DNA of 63,969 bases, counting the filler, from Hyphochytrium catenoides (Eukaryota; Protista; Hyphochytriomycota), in NCBI GenBank assembly GCA_900088475.1. It is 7 parts of 7 records of this genome, joined end to end, with 100 filler letters (N's around TTAATTAATTAA, not from the genome) between each part and the next. Parts side by side here need not be neighbours in the genome. Positions count along the whole stretch, not along the records: positions 35,640 to 55,766 come from FLMG01004188.1; 6 more parts are not named here. The stretch is one strand, 5' to 3'. A program made the position numbers and the translations under genes. Below, one piece after another: positions 39,631 through 52,241 of this stretch. The notes beneath the pieces were generated by a model. The model worked only from the letters and a program-made list of their open reading frames with translations, made no database searches and was not told where the DNA came from. Position 1 is the first letter of the stretch, and each line of letters opens with the position of its first letter.

Positions 39631-39662
<32 letters not shown>

Positions 39663-40387
39663 TCTCTCCCCTCTTCCCTCTCTCTCGCGCCATCCTCCTT
39701 TCCCTCTCTTTGCTACTTCTCTATCCTCTCTTGATCGGTTAAATTTCCTTTAGTTCTCTACTGTGACATTCTTTGCTGTGCCTTTCTTACCTGGTAGAGC
39801 AGACCACACAGTGTTGAGAGGAATAGAACCCAGAGCAGACTGTAGCCTGCATAGGCGCCTGCCTGCAGGTCACTCTCTAAGTTGCCGGGGTCAATGTAGG
39901 CGATGCTCATCAAAAAGCCTGGCCCTGTGTACTTCCAGAGAAGAGAGAGAGACAGACACGGCTCCGATGGAGATGATGATCGTGATGGCGACGAAGATGA
40001 ACGCTTTTCCTGTGCTCTTCCTGTCTCTTTTGGAAGCATCACGTCTGACGGCTCTTTCTCTGGGTCTCCATCTTCCTCAATCCCTGCTGATTCCATAGTC
40101 CGGCTGCTACTACTCTCAAGGTCAGAGAGGTCTATTTGGCAGTACTCTCCGTTGGTCCTAACGAGGCGCAGAGAAGCAGGTGACGGCGCCTCTCCGTGCT
40201 GTCTGTCCTGTGAGCAAGCTTTGTCGTTGGACACCTGGACTCCCACGTCTTCATCTTCTCTAAGGCCCGGGTCTTCCTTGAGAGGAGTGGCCGTATTCGG
40301 AGGCGTGATGATATGTTCTGGCTCCTTTGCCTCCTCATCGTGGCTATCTCGCCGACTATCATCCTCACTGGGAAGAGCCTGCAACAT
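36554..40387 (-). CDS. NRAMP/SLC11 divalent metal (Mn/Fe) transporter, multi-exon
   Basis: [31 protein letters not shown]|[59 protein letters not shown]. Confidence 0.95.
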
Positions 40388-41699
40388 CGCGCTTCCTTTT
40401 AAGACAAGCCTCCTAAGGGCTTAAGCTCCTCTCATTGTGGGCACAAGGGTTGCTTTCAACAGACGGAGGCGACGATATCGGCCTGTAATCTGAAAGAGCC
40501 GAGATCTGGTCTAAAAGCTGCTCGTACAATGATCTAGGACGCCTATGAAAGATGTTCCTGCTGCACTAGCCAGTGCCCGCTCGGCCTTCAGCTTCCTTCC
40601 TCGCTGCTGTCTGCCTGCCTGTGGGCCTGTGGGGCACCAGGGATGATTGAGAAGGATGAAGGCAGCCCGAATAAACAGCTCCTGTGCACCGTCGTCGTTA
40701 CCCGCTAACTCTTCCAGGATGGTCCCATGTTGCGAAGGGTCAAGGAATCAAGCTTTGGAACTTTGGAACCCGACGATGTCTGCCGCCCTTCCTTTCGACT
40801 AAGGCGAGGCGTCGGTACCTCCTTATGCTGTCGGGAAGATGTGGTATGCAGATCCTCCACCGTCTGTTCTGCGCTCTCCAGGTGTACCCACTTTTCCAGC
40901 GGCACTGAACTGCATTACTTCATCGTGGAAACAGAGACGCCCATACATTCGCAATGCAAAACGATAACGAACACTTGCCAATGTGTTTAGCCATATTAGC
41001 GAAAGGCAGAGCTGCGCGTCTGGGCCATAGAGTTAGGCGGCGGCCACCTCAGAGCCTTGTTAATGACATTTGAGATGGTCGCTCATGAAGCTGGGACCGC
41101 TGGAATATGGGTGGCGTAGAAGTCAGGAGCAAGCTGAAGTCAAGGCTCCTATGGTCAGTCATTCAGAAGCAGCACCTGTCTTCCTTTCTGGCCAGTGCCG
41201 CATAACGGTGGTGAGCGTGATGGGCTTGGAATATAACCAACTTACTTAGCTGCCGGCCCTGAACTTGCTGTTGATCCAATCCCTTCCTTCTCTTTCCCTT
41301 CCCTCAGATCTTCTTCTAACTGTCGTCATCACCCCTTACGTCGGTCATCACCCGCATAGTTTTTCTGAGGGCTGCGGTGTTCGTTTGGGGCCAAGATGAG
41401 GAGGACGAGGCCTTTCTTTCGTGTGTTCACCTTGCAGAGTGGCTGAAAGAAGAAGAAGACGTAGAAGTAGTGGTCAAGGCAGTAGTAGGAGGAGCAGTTG
41501 CTGGTTCTTCTTCTCTGGCTATTGTTGTCGGACGGGTGGACGAGAGGGTGCTGGAATGATTGTGAGCTTCTGGTCCGAGGCACGATGATAATGATGACAT
41601 CGTACAGGTCGTGATATAATGCCCGGCCTGGCCATCATTGCTGCAGTACCTGGCAGATGTACGTCTCCTCTTCGTTTTATCTGTCTGGCGTTCTCCTTG

Positions 41700-42200
41700 C
41701 TCATCAGCGGCTATTGGAAGCTTCGTTATCCGTGCTTTGTCCTTGTCTAGTCCGCTTCCTCTTGTAACTCCGTGCTCGTCCTACCTTTGTTCTGCGGGCG
41801 CCCTACGTAGCTGATGAGAGAGGGAGTGTTCCTTGACCATTAGGCGTTACTCCTTCTTCTCTTTCTCTTGTTCTATCTTCTTCCACTCCTTGCACCAGAG
41901 TGGAAGAAAAGAGGACAATGGTGTTCTCTCGACCAGGACCTCACTGCCCTAGAACCTTTTGGGGCCATCACTCTCATTCCAGGTCCGCCTTGAGGGTCGA
42001 GGCCGGTTCTTCACAGTTGAATATCTGAGAAGGTGTAAGAGTAGGATATTCTTCAAGGAAGGCAACGCATTCCTTTCTTTCCGTGGTAGTACACATGTTC
42101 ATCTTCTCTCGTTGGTTCTTCAAATAATACTAGTTTACTAGCCACTCCTGAGTCATTGCTCGATGATAGTTTCCTTCAAACTGAATATCTTATGATTCTG
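41700..42200 (-). mobile_element. Decayed, internally deleted pogo/Fot1-type (Tc1/mariner superfamily, DDE_1) transposase relic
   Basis: With two 1-nt frame corrections the minus strand reads FLEEYPTLTPSQIFNCEETGLDPQGGPGMRVMAPKGSRAV/GPGRENTIVLF, matching the pogo 'IFNxDETG...VxAxKGSxxV...GRENxTV' pattern. It then jumps to a K/E-rich tail. Confidence 0.68.
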
Positions 42201-43080
42201 TCATCGTCCTTAACGGAAGGTCACATTGCTCACTTCGACCCCACTCCACAAAGGGCCGCGGCGATGGCGTGGTAGAAGTAGCATAGAAGGAGCAGTGATT
42301 GTTGAGGATGATCATCGCATGCTGCTGCTGGTGGATCTTTTGCTGCCTTGGTGGATAGAGTTTGAACGGCGAAGAGGAGCTGAATCAGAGATACTGCTGG
42401 TTTTAAGAAGAGGCTACAACGCAAAGGTTACTACTGAACTTGATCTGGCGATGTTAAAGCTTCTGCCTGTCTTCTGTCGGTCAGTCATCATCATCATGGG
42501 CTCAACAACAAGGCTGTATGTCGGTTCCAAGGAGAGATAATGACTGCTACGTTGACTGCTACTGAACATTCTGCCATCATGACTGCTAGCTGCTTGTTGA
42601 CCCTTATTTCTCACTCAACCTCCGTCTCTGTTCGGTTTGGGACCGCGCGACTGTGTCGTTCCACTTCTTGGTGCAGTCCTTTGTGCTCTTTTGTTGTCCG
42701 TCATACACCTAAATAGTTAAAGGACCTTTTTATACGAAGTGGCAAGTGGACGATGGTGAGACCGTACGGTTGTTGACTCTTTCATATTCCCTCCTCCTAT
42801 CGGTCTGTTCTTGACTCCTCTCTCGTCTCATTCCTTCTTCTCTCGTTAAGCGATATCTATTCGCGAGATGCTGTCTTGGCTTCTTCTACTTCTTGGTGTC
42901 TTTGCTTTCTTCTTCTTCTTCTAAGGTGCACGCTAGAGCCTCGAAGTAGTTTGACCCAGCAGACAACACCACCTGCACTAACTTTAGTTCAGCAGGAGAA
43001 GTGCTTTTCTCTATTCATCACTTTCTATATGTTTATGTTAAGCCTACTAGGGCCTTGAGGCCACGTAGTCCATACTTCTC

Positions 43081-45990
43081 CTAGTAAATGTAGTTGGCCT
43101 TGAAAGCGTGGCCATACGTTTTGTCAAAGGTGGGATCCAAGGGGCTCTTGCCTTTGTAGCTAATAATGTGTTCAGTCAATTCAAACCAACCATTCTTGGA
43201 AGAGTCATCATTTGGCGGAGAGGTCTCCTTGTCTACGGTCAGGCAGGCTACGTAGTGAACACCGTTAAGCTGGATAGACTCTGCTTTGCCGTCGCTACTT
43301 TCAGCAGTGTGCGATATTGTAAGTTCTTTCTCAAGGTCTACCGTCTTCAAGTCGAATCTCTCGCTAAGAACAGCACCTAGAGAGCCCAGCTCTGAGATGT
43401 TCATGACAGGTACCTGGGAGATTCCCCAGGACACGTGACTTGTCACCACGACAATGATCACCGGAGCCAAAGCCATTATGTACAATGTCTCATACCCAGC
43501 GTAAAGCATGAACAGGATCTGCAAGGCCACGCCAGCTTGATGGCAGCAAAGCCCTATCATGGTGACGTACATGAAGCGTGTAGTGCGCATGTCCCACAGA
43601 ATGTTTCCCAAGCGCTGGATGCCTCTTCGCATCCAGATCTGGCCCATACCCAGGAGATTGAGAAAGATGAGGATAACCTCATAGTTGACCTGAGTCAGCG
43701 GTGCGTAGAAGCGATGCAAGACCACGTTAGAACCCTCCAAGTTTGACGACCCCATGGTGATGACAGCCAGGTTGAGGGAGGTGCCGACGACCAGTAGCGC
43801 TTTCATGCTGAAAGAAGTATGTCGAATAACGTAAGCAGAGCACTCGATGTAACGTAACGCAATGGCATCGAGGAATCTCTTCTGCGGGTAAGCCTTCAGT
43901 TGTTGAAGAATGACTCTCACACGCCGCGTCGCTTCCTTGACATAGGATACAGTGAAGCTCATGCCAACAAGAGCGGTGAACGCCACGATAGCCGTGAAGA
44001 CCAAACGGATGGAGCCTTCATCCAAATGCACTCTCATATTGTACTGCCTCAGATCTGCCAATCTCTCCTTGTTGAAGTTGTCAATGGTAAGACCATTTGT
44101 CCCTAAAATGCCGGTTGTGATGATGCAACTTAGACGAGGGCCTCTCATCAAGAACCAACCAGTAACTCCTCCGCTCTGAGTTGCCATTGCGTATCCCATC
44201 TCTCCAGAGACCCTAGCAGCCGTGTTGCTCACAAGGTAAGTGTCGTTGGGCATGTAACTGACCTCCAGGGCAAGGTCAGCACACCTTTCCTCATACGAGA
44301 ATCGTACAGGTTGCAGAATGCCAGTGTTCATGCATCCTTGGCTGCTAATAAAGAGATTGCTATCGTATCGTAGGGAACCAAACCCAATCGTGGAGGTGCA
44401 GCTTAGGTCAAATAGGACTCCAATACCAGTCATAGCGTTTCCAGACGGCAAATATTTGGAAAGGGCCATGCGCAGGAGCTCTGAGGAAGCTTGAGCTGTG
44501 TCAGAGGTCCCTCTGCCATCAGTCTTTCGCAACTGCTTCTTCATATAGTCACAGTTGGAGAAGATTCTGTTTGACTTTTTGCCCTCTTGTCCAGCGATAT
44601 ATACCACGGGCTTCTCATCGTCCTTTGTTAGCAGGCCGCCTTGAATTGCATAGGTGATAACGAGAGAACAGTTGGGTCTCTTAAGCTGAGACTTCACCGC
44701 TTCACAGAGGTCCTCGTTCGCTTGGCGAAGGGCCTTGACGCCAGGATTGTACTCCGGCCAGGGCTTGAAGGTATCCGAAGGTAGCGTCTCATGTGAGACG
44801 AGTGTCAGGTCTGAGGTCTTGAGCTCAGCAAAGTCATAGAACTTGAGGATTTCTTTACCACTACGGAACTCAGGGTACACGCTTAGGGCAGGAAGGCACT
44901 TCATATAGTAGTCTCTGTATATCTCCCGTTGAAAGGCAGGGAGTGATCTCGCGTTGGCTCCCCAGCCACCATTACTGGGTAGACCCATGAAAGACTCCAA
45001 GATCATTCTGCAAAGCGCCCCACCGGCAGAGACAGCCTGAACAATAGTAGGAACAGTTCCAGCAGCTTTGCAACGGCCAAGACCTAGCCCCGCGCTATTA
45101 GAGTCTGCACTGAGAGCCAGCTCATAGTAGGAAAGAACGTTGAACCCGACGCCGGAGGAGAACACCTTGAGCCTGGCGGAATCTAGCTTGTTCTCGATAA
45201 CCGTTTGGTACATGTTCATTGGGTACGCCTTAGCCACACATTTTGCTCGTTCATGAAGCGTTGTCTTTGTATAACAATCCAGCCCAGAGGTCATGAAAGG
45301 ATAGTAAAAGTTGAAGATCTGATCAGCCGGAAGGTAGTCTTCGTAACCCGGAAGCTGATCTGCGACCATATCGTGCAGCGTGATGTTGAAGAGGTGAACC
45401 CATCCTTCCAACGTCTCAAGGGCGTCAACAGGCTCGGCAGTAGGATCCCTGAAGACCCAGGTCCCTTTCATGGCTCCCCAAGTGCTTGGGTTATAGAAGG
45501 TGTTCAAGATATTGAAGCCATTGGCAACTCTGCGACGCTCCAGATCTTCATTCAGCAAAACGTTTGAGAATGGAATATTGAGCTGGAGGGTATCCTGCCA
45601 GGTCACGTGCTCCCTTCCTAGAGCGTTCACGACATCCTGCACGAACTGGGTGGCGATACATTCCGTCCATTCGTTGGAGACGTCGCTCGAAGTGAAACGA
45701 GTCCCGTATGAGAGAACTGTGCCGCAGATATCGTCAATGTCAGAGATTTTCACGATAGAGTCCTTGGTTTTGAACAAAGAGGGTTGGCTGATGTAGAGCC
45801 CCTCGTTCTCGAAGGTCTTGATGAAGGAGACTTCGGAGGAGTGCATGAACGTTGAGAAAATGTTAAGGATAAGCGGCTTCACGGGAAGGAGGATGACAAC
45901 CAGTGCGCTAAACATAGTTGCTGAGATCTCCAGCGTAAGGTGCAGCTTCCGAAGAAAGCCATTCTTCTGAGCTGACTTTCTCGGTCCCAT
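43081..45990 (-). CDS. 969-aa intronless multi-pass membrane protein of unknown family
   Basis: Uninterrupted ATG-TAG ORF free of low-complexity sequence. One N-terminal hydrophobic helix (~aa 16-45), a ~600-aa Cys-containing loop with NxS/T sequons (NIT, NCS, NDT), about 5 C-terminal hydrophobic helices and a short polar tail. Confidence 0.85.
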   Translation of the reverse strand: MGPRKSAQKNGFLRKLHLTLEISATMFSALVVILLPVKPLILNIFSTFMHSSEVSFIKTFENEGLYISQPSLFKTKDSIVKISDIDDICGTVLSYGTRFTSSDVSNEWTECIATQFVQDVVNALGREHVTWQDTLQLNIPFSNVLLNEDLERRRVANGFNILNTFYNPSTWGAMKGTWVFRDPTAEPVDALETLEGWVHLFNITLHDMVADQLPGYEDYLPADQIFNFYYPFMTSGLDCYTKTTLHERAKCVAKAYPMNMYQTVIENKLDSARLKVFSSGVGFNVLSYYELALSADSNSAGLGLGRCKAAGTVPTIVQAVSAGGALCRMILESFMGLPSNGGWGANARSLPAFQREIYRDYYMKCLPALSVYPEFRSGKEILKFYDFAELKTSDLTLVSHETLPSDTFKPWPEYNPGVKALRQANEDLCEAVKSQLKRPNCSLVITYAIQGGLLTKDDEKPVVYIAGQEGKKSNRIFSNCDYMKKQLRKTDGRGTSDTAQASSELLRMALSKYLPSGNAMTGIGVLFDLSCTSTIGFGSLRYDSNLFISSQGCMNTGILQPVRFSYEERCADLALEVSYMPNDTYLVSNTAARVSGEMGYAMATQSGGVTGWFLMRGPRLSCIITTGILGTNGLTIDNFNKERLADLRQYNMRVHLDEGSIRLVFTAIVAFTALVGMSFTVSYVKEATRRVRVILQQLKAYPQKRFLDAIALRYIECSAYVIRHTSFSMKALLVVGTSLNLAVITMGSSNLEGSNVVLHRFYAPLTQVNYEVILIFLNLLGMGQIWMRRGIQRLGNILWDMRTTRFMYVTMIGLCCHQAGVALQILFMLYAGYETLYIMALAPVIIVVVTSHVSWGISQVPVMNISELGSLGAVLSERFDLKTVDLEKELTISHTAESSDGKAESIQLNGVHYVACLTVDKETSPPNDDSSKNGWFELTEHIISYKGKSPLDPTFDKTYGHAFKANYIY

Positions 45991-48900
45991 TGGGACTGTC
46001 TCTTCTTGTCTGAAAGCCGTCAGTGCAGTTGTCCTTTGCGCTAATGCTTCAACTACTAACCTCGCCGCTTGCCGATATTCGAAGAAAAGAGAAAGTGGTT
46101 GGTCTTCCCTGATTTTCTGAGCTTCATGTTAAGAAGGAAGGTAGTAGGAAGTGAAGAAGTGGGGCTTTTCTTAAGCAGACACTGGTTTGCTTTTCTATGG
46201 TCCATTTATCTCAATCATGGTGCTTGGCAACGAGATAGAGTCACAGCGATGTGTCAGCTAGGAGATAACCCAATGGCAAGTGGGCTGTTAGGACAGCAAA
46301 CTGGCTGAGCCCCAGTGTACCACTCATCATAAATGGTAGCCGGGTGCCTAGCGGGATCATCAGGGGTGATGCATGAATGGAGTCACCTCTTACCAAAAGT
46401 TCGTTATAGCGTTGAACAAGACTCAGTTCGCTGAGACGAACCACCACTTCCATCCGATTGTGATCCTTCACTGCTCACGGCGATCTAGTCTCGCACTTGA
46501 TAGAAAGGCAGCCCCAGCACTAGTTTTCACCTGGTGAACTCTGTGTTAGTTAGCGGTTACTCTCATATGTGTAATCGACCTCAAAGCTCTTGCCAGTCAG
46601 CTGTTACGTTACAATCGCAGCAGCACTCTCAAAATAGATCCTTCGGTTTTTCCTATCATTGTGGAAGAGGAGACGAATGAAGGAAAGGACGAGGAGTTCA
46701 AGCCACATTGCCTTGTATTTGGAAAGGCGTTGTTGCGACTACAGCTCCCAGAGCTCAAAAGGAGTCTCCTCTGCTGCATGATGGGGGAGCTGCTGAAGGT
46801 AGTCTGAGTCGTCTGGTCCTTCTCTTCTACGTTCATTGATAAATGACTCTCGCGATGAACTAGTCGGCTCATGCTCATTCATTGTACCTCTCTACTGAGT
46901 TAATAATACTACGAGGAGTACCTTTTTCTCTTCCTCTGACTTCTATGTAGAACTACGATGGCGGTTATGTCCGTAAGTCCTTAGCAGGTGCCTATCTGAC
47001 CGCACCTTCATCCGGCAAGCATCCAATCTCCACCGGGCTGCGGTTTCGACCCGACCAAGTGACCGTAGAAAGCACACGAAGAAAGAGCTGTACCGTATGT
47101 GGCTGTGGAGACTGGAGACAGGGCCAAGTTCCTAAGCGGCTTGGGCAGGATCGTCAGATGGATGAACAGTATAACGGTAAAACGGTAGTGGCCTTTGCCC
47201 TCGTAGTAACTCACTCGTACTATTATTAGTTAGCGGCTATTGCTTCTTAGCTTGCAGTCTTATCTTTTGCTGTCCCTGCCACGCTCTCGACACGGTTATT
47301 TTGGGATTGCGCATATTACTGTTACCTTAGGGTACCCTTCCCCTTCTTCAGGCATCCTGACTGCTGAAGTCCTCCTTGTCCTTATCCTAATCCTAACCCT
47401 CTGATGACTAGCTTATTATGCCATGGAACCTACACCTACTCTCGAGAACATCCTCCAGCTATTCTATTGCTATTGGCGAAAAGGTCAAGAGGAAAGGTCC
47501 CGACCGGGCACTATTATTGATAGCGAAGTTTGATAACAATCCCTCTCTAATATGCTATAAACTCCCAACTACTACCTACTACTAGAAGAAGAAGAAGAAG
47601 AAAGCCACAAGAAGAGCTACAAAAAGTCGTGGCCACTTCACCAACAACTCTCTCTCCCCTTCATTACATTATCAGAGAAGGAAATATTATCATATTAGCT
47701 GAACTCCCTACTCAGCAGTAACAATAAGAGAGAAGGGAGGGTGAAGGGGAGACCGAGCACCAAAGATTATCATCACTCTCGGCGGCAGCAAGCAAGGAAG
47801 AGAAGAAAGGGTCCAAGAGGAATAAATACGTATCAGAGTCTGATGAACTATTATCGTGCTTTCTTAGTTTTATTAGTGAAATGGATGATGTGGAAGGAGA
47901 CTCTGGTATGAAGGTGTAAGCCACGTTAGAGGAGACCATTGCCCATTTGCTGAGAATCATCAAGTGAAGAAGAACAATCACAAATTGAAGGTTCGTCGCC
48001 AGCTAGCCACTGAACAGAAAGAGTCAATAGGAGGAGGCAAGAAAAGAATGATAGTAAAAGGTACGTAGAACGGCGTTGTCGGCAGTTAAAATTGTGCGAA
48101 AATGCGGATTTCTGGCGTTCCTTGCACCCTAAATTCGGGAGCTACCGCCGCTCACGCGGCGGCGGAGGATCAATCTCACCTCCAGAACAGAGGGGATGTC
48201 CCACCAAAAATGGGACAATTGGAAGAAATTATGCTATTTTCGTTGATTCTTACACGGACGGCCTCCTAGTTCTATCGGTTTTGATTGTTTGTCTACGTCG
48301 TTGCGGCTCCAGCAACAACGACCGACCCTCGGATTGGACGACCAGCAAGGAGGAAGACGACTCGAACGCCCAGTCTTGGAAGCCATACTGTCAGCACCAC
48401 GATGAGACATGCGACAAAGCAAGCTTTCTAAAACGTTCTTGTTCTTCCTATTGACGACATAAAGGTAATAGAGTACGGAGTCCTAAGTGCTCGCGGCTCT
48501 CTAAAGCGTAAATAGATTATAATCAAGGAAGACAATTGGGAAATGTGCAAGGTCTAAGACGACGTGACCTCTTAGAACTTGTCAGCCCCCGATCATGTAG
48601 CTCAACTTGCAGATGAACTACCCGGACGCGGGATGCTGTATACTCAGTAAGTTCTAGGCATGTAAGCGGGCGATCTAGAAAGATGGTGCCCTCTCTCGAG
48701 TGACAGTGACATCGAGGTTTTATAACGGTAGAAGAATGTGTAATGTCATCATCCTATCTTCCGCCAGGGTGGTTACCTCGCTATTTATTATTATTAGTAA
48801 TGTGAACTGAAGAAATAGGGCTGTGGATGTTCCGACTCCGGTTCCTTCAACGCTGAGCAAGTGGTGCTGCTAGAGCCATGTTCCGTTATATCAAGCACGG

Positions 48901-50451
48901 CAGCTACGCTCCTCTTCGATGATAGAAGGACTTCGACCGTCCCCGCTCTTCGAAGGCATAGTGAGGAATGTTGACACGAAAGGACCGCACGACGGCAGCA
49001 GGAGAGGCATGATACTATGCTTGACTACCGAGATATTCTTATCCCTAGTCGAATGCCTTCTGCTTCCGAACAAAATAACAGATGTCAGCCCGAAAGAAGG
49101 TGCTTTAATGACTGGCTCAGAGACAAGATCTCTGCAAGTAACGAAACGAACAAACGTTAGTGGAGAAAGTACTCTATGAACGGCCCATGGGCGTTTCTCC
49201 TTGGTCGTTCTCCGCTTTTCGTGGTTTACAATAGAAAGGCAGGCTTGAGGGCAGGTGAGGCCCTACGACACAAGGTAGCAGAAGCGCCTCTCAACAGTCC
49301 TCGTGCGACTAAGAAAGAAACAATCTCACGTAGTGTTAGAATGGTCACTCTCATAAAAAGTCACTCTCGCTGGTTGGAGAGTTGCCTTTAATCCTCATCA
49401 ACAGCTACCATACTCCTTGTCACAAAACCTGCCTATCATACTCCAGTCTTGACGGAGGATGCACAGATCCTGAGCAGTCTTATCAGCCCTAGAGGAAGGA
49501 GCTAAGGTCAAGTGCGGGATCTCAGTTCTCAAGAAAGTAGATCAGCAAATTAATGGATCAATGTTGGCTTTAGAGCCTGCTGTCACCCTTCATCAGCAAG
49601 ACCCACTGTCATGATCAAAAATGGAGACCTCTCAGGCCATTATCTTGTCCCACAAGGATCAGCAGATAACGTAATAAAGTTGAAAGGGCTCCATAATCCT
49701 GGTACTTTCTTCTCGCAGACCCCTTCGTCTTCCTGGACTGTCTCTGGATAGTTTCTTCCCGTGACGAAGATTTTATTTATAGACCATTCTGCTCAAAAGA
49801 AACGAACGGATTGAGAGGGAACGAGTAGCGGTTGCCACTCTCTGCTCTATACAAAGAAGCATCCAGGTCAGTGCGATTTCTAGACTACTGCGGCTGTTGC
49901 TGCTGCTGTTAGGTTTAGTCTCAAGGCAATGTAATCGTGGAGAAATGCCGAAACCCCTGAGTGTGATCGCTGCGTCTATTTGTTCCTCCGAGCTAGGGCA
50001 GCTGTAGATTGGCTTTCTCAGTGCAAGGCACCACCAACAAGCGGTTGGCTCTTCGTCGCTTTTCTCTCCCCGCCATCCTTATCGAGCTAGCAGCTATTTT
50101 CTGTCACGACTCCAATCATCATCATCACCACTGCCTTACCTGGGTGGATCAAGCGGAACAAGCCTGACCTAGCCTGACCTTGGGTTGACAGAGATACTAG
50201 AATCGTTTCAAATGACTTCACTCTCCATTTTCCTCGTAGACGTCCTCTTTCTTCGCGTGTCTGGAGGCGGTCTCCCCTTGGAAAAGTTCCCTTAGCTTGA
50301 CTGCAAGCGAACCGGACCGCTCAGCGACTCACCAGGAGGGTTGCGTGTCATTCCAAGAATCTCGAGCACTACCATCTAGAGGCAGCTTCTCTTGTTCCCT
50401 AGGACATACGGGCGCATCCGCCTCAATTCCTCTTGTAACCAGTGTGGAGCT

Positions 50452-52241
50452 ATGGCGGACTTCATTGGTGCAGACTCTGGGGACACGTCATCGTCACCCT
50501 ACGGCGCGGCTGTCTATGTGAACGGAAGTGGAACCTGGCAAGGCCAAGTATCCAAAGCCTTTGTGTATATCCTCTTTATCATCCTTCCACTCATCAGTCT
50601 GGGGCTGTGGAGGCAGAGGCACATCTTTCCCCTGAACTCCACTCCCAGCTTTCTGCTGATCGCGACACAGATCGGCGCAACTTTCTACATCTTGTCACTC
50701 TTCCAATCAATGATAGCTCCATCGATGCCTTGCGGACTGCATATTATCATCTCTTGGGCAGAAATATTCCCTTATCTTCCAGGGTCGCTCCTACAGCTGT
50801 GGTATCAGTGGTTCGTCTTCCAAGTCCAGCAGAGTAAATGCAGAGGGAAGCGAGACTTCTTCGTCCGACACGCAAACTTGACATCCCAGAGCTTCTTGAT
50901 CAAAGTATTCGCTGGCTTTGGAGTCGTTACCTGCATTTTGCCTGTGATCCAGTTAGCGTCTCGAAGTGCGGATGTGCTTGCCTCGCCCATGACCAGTGCC
51001 GAGTGCCTCGCATACACATCCGAAGGAGAGGTCAGTAGTGTCTCGCTCTTATCGAGGAGTAATTAGTCCCATCCAGTCCTTCGTTGGACTCGACAACCCC
51101 TTGACGTACTCCATTTGTTATTGTTTCTTGCCAACATTGATCACCTGTCAGCGTCAGTCCTCACTCGTGTTTGCTGCTTGTCAAGAGATAAGGTTAACGC
51201 TACTTCCTCTGTTCTCACTCTGCTCCTTTGATTATAATCGTCTACAATTCTCAAGCTTAGTTCAAGACGTCTAACCTTATCCCTGTCTTGCAGAAAATTG
51301 TCAGCAGTATGCTTTGGTACCCACTCCTTATTGCCAACGTTTGCTTTGCTTTCTTGATGCGAAGCGTGAAAGACGCCTTCAACCTTGGAGAGAACTGGAT
51401 GAAGATTATCTTTTTCCTATCGATTGGGACGCCACCAAAGGCCGTAGCGTCCGTCGCTAATGGACTGCAAGATGAGGTGAAAGTGAACTGCTACTTTATG
51501 GGGCAACTTGCGTTCGCTGTCTCAACGGTCTCATACATTTGGTTCGCATCTATCGTTCCGTTGGGAATGACGCTCAACAACCAGAAGAAGAAGGCTTCTG
51601 CTGCTGTGTCTCATAACATGTCCTCACGATCATCCAAGCGGCATTCCATTAACGACTTCCGACAAGTTACAACGACTGCTGAACTGCGCCGGCTTTTACA
51701 ATCTAAGGAACTGATGGCAGCGTTGAAAGCGTACTTGGTGAAGGAATTCTGTGTCGAGAATATCCTTTACCTTGAGTCTTTGGATCGACTGAGGGCTGCC
51801 GGCAGAGTGGATTCAATTGCTAGGCTGTCCCCGTCACAACCTCCTCAAGCCAGCAAAGCACAACTGTTGCAAGAGCTGGTGGCTGACTTCATCAAAGTGG
51901 GAGCTCCGTACGAGGTAAACATACAGGCGGATCTCAGAAAGAGAGTCCTGGAGGCAGCAGAACACCTAGCTAAGGCTTCAACAGAGCAAGGTGTAGATGC
52001 GACTATGAAAGAGCAGCTTTACGAAGAGGCCTTCGCATGCTTGGTGAAGGCTGAGGACGAGGTACTGAAGATGATACTGAACCCGTACAACAGGTTTGCG
52101 ATGGCTGGGGGTGCTATGGGTTATGGCACTTTGAATAGATTGACGATGGGTGCGACGAAGGACGGTGATGATGATAAAGCTGCATCGCAACCGGGCATTC
52201 TGGACTCATTGAAGTCAGCCGTGCATCCGTCAGTCCAGTGA
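50452..52241 (+). CDS. 7TM-RGS protein (seven-transmembrane domain fused to a regulator of G-protein signalling domain)
   Basis: Exon 50452-51030, intron 51031-51293, exon 51294-52241. TM region has RHIFPL, MPC, and VKDAFNLGE. RGS box: LKAYLVKEFCVENILYL...DFIKVGAPYEVNI...AEDEVLKMILNPYNRF. Confidence 0.9.

Noticed and set aside
1732-40387. Alternative genetic code or non-canonical introns
   Set aside because: The conserved genes I could trace splice with GT-AG, contain no in-frame stops, and end in TAA, TAG or TGA.
47386-47400. Telomere-like CCTAA(T/C)CC units (also 28110-28120)
   Set aside because: Only one or two units; the 28.1-kb instance lies within TMEM216 codons.
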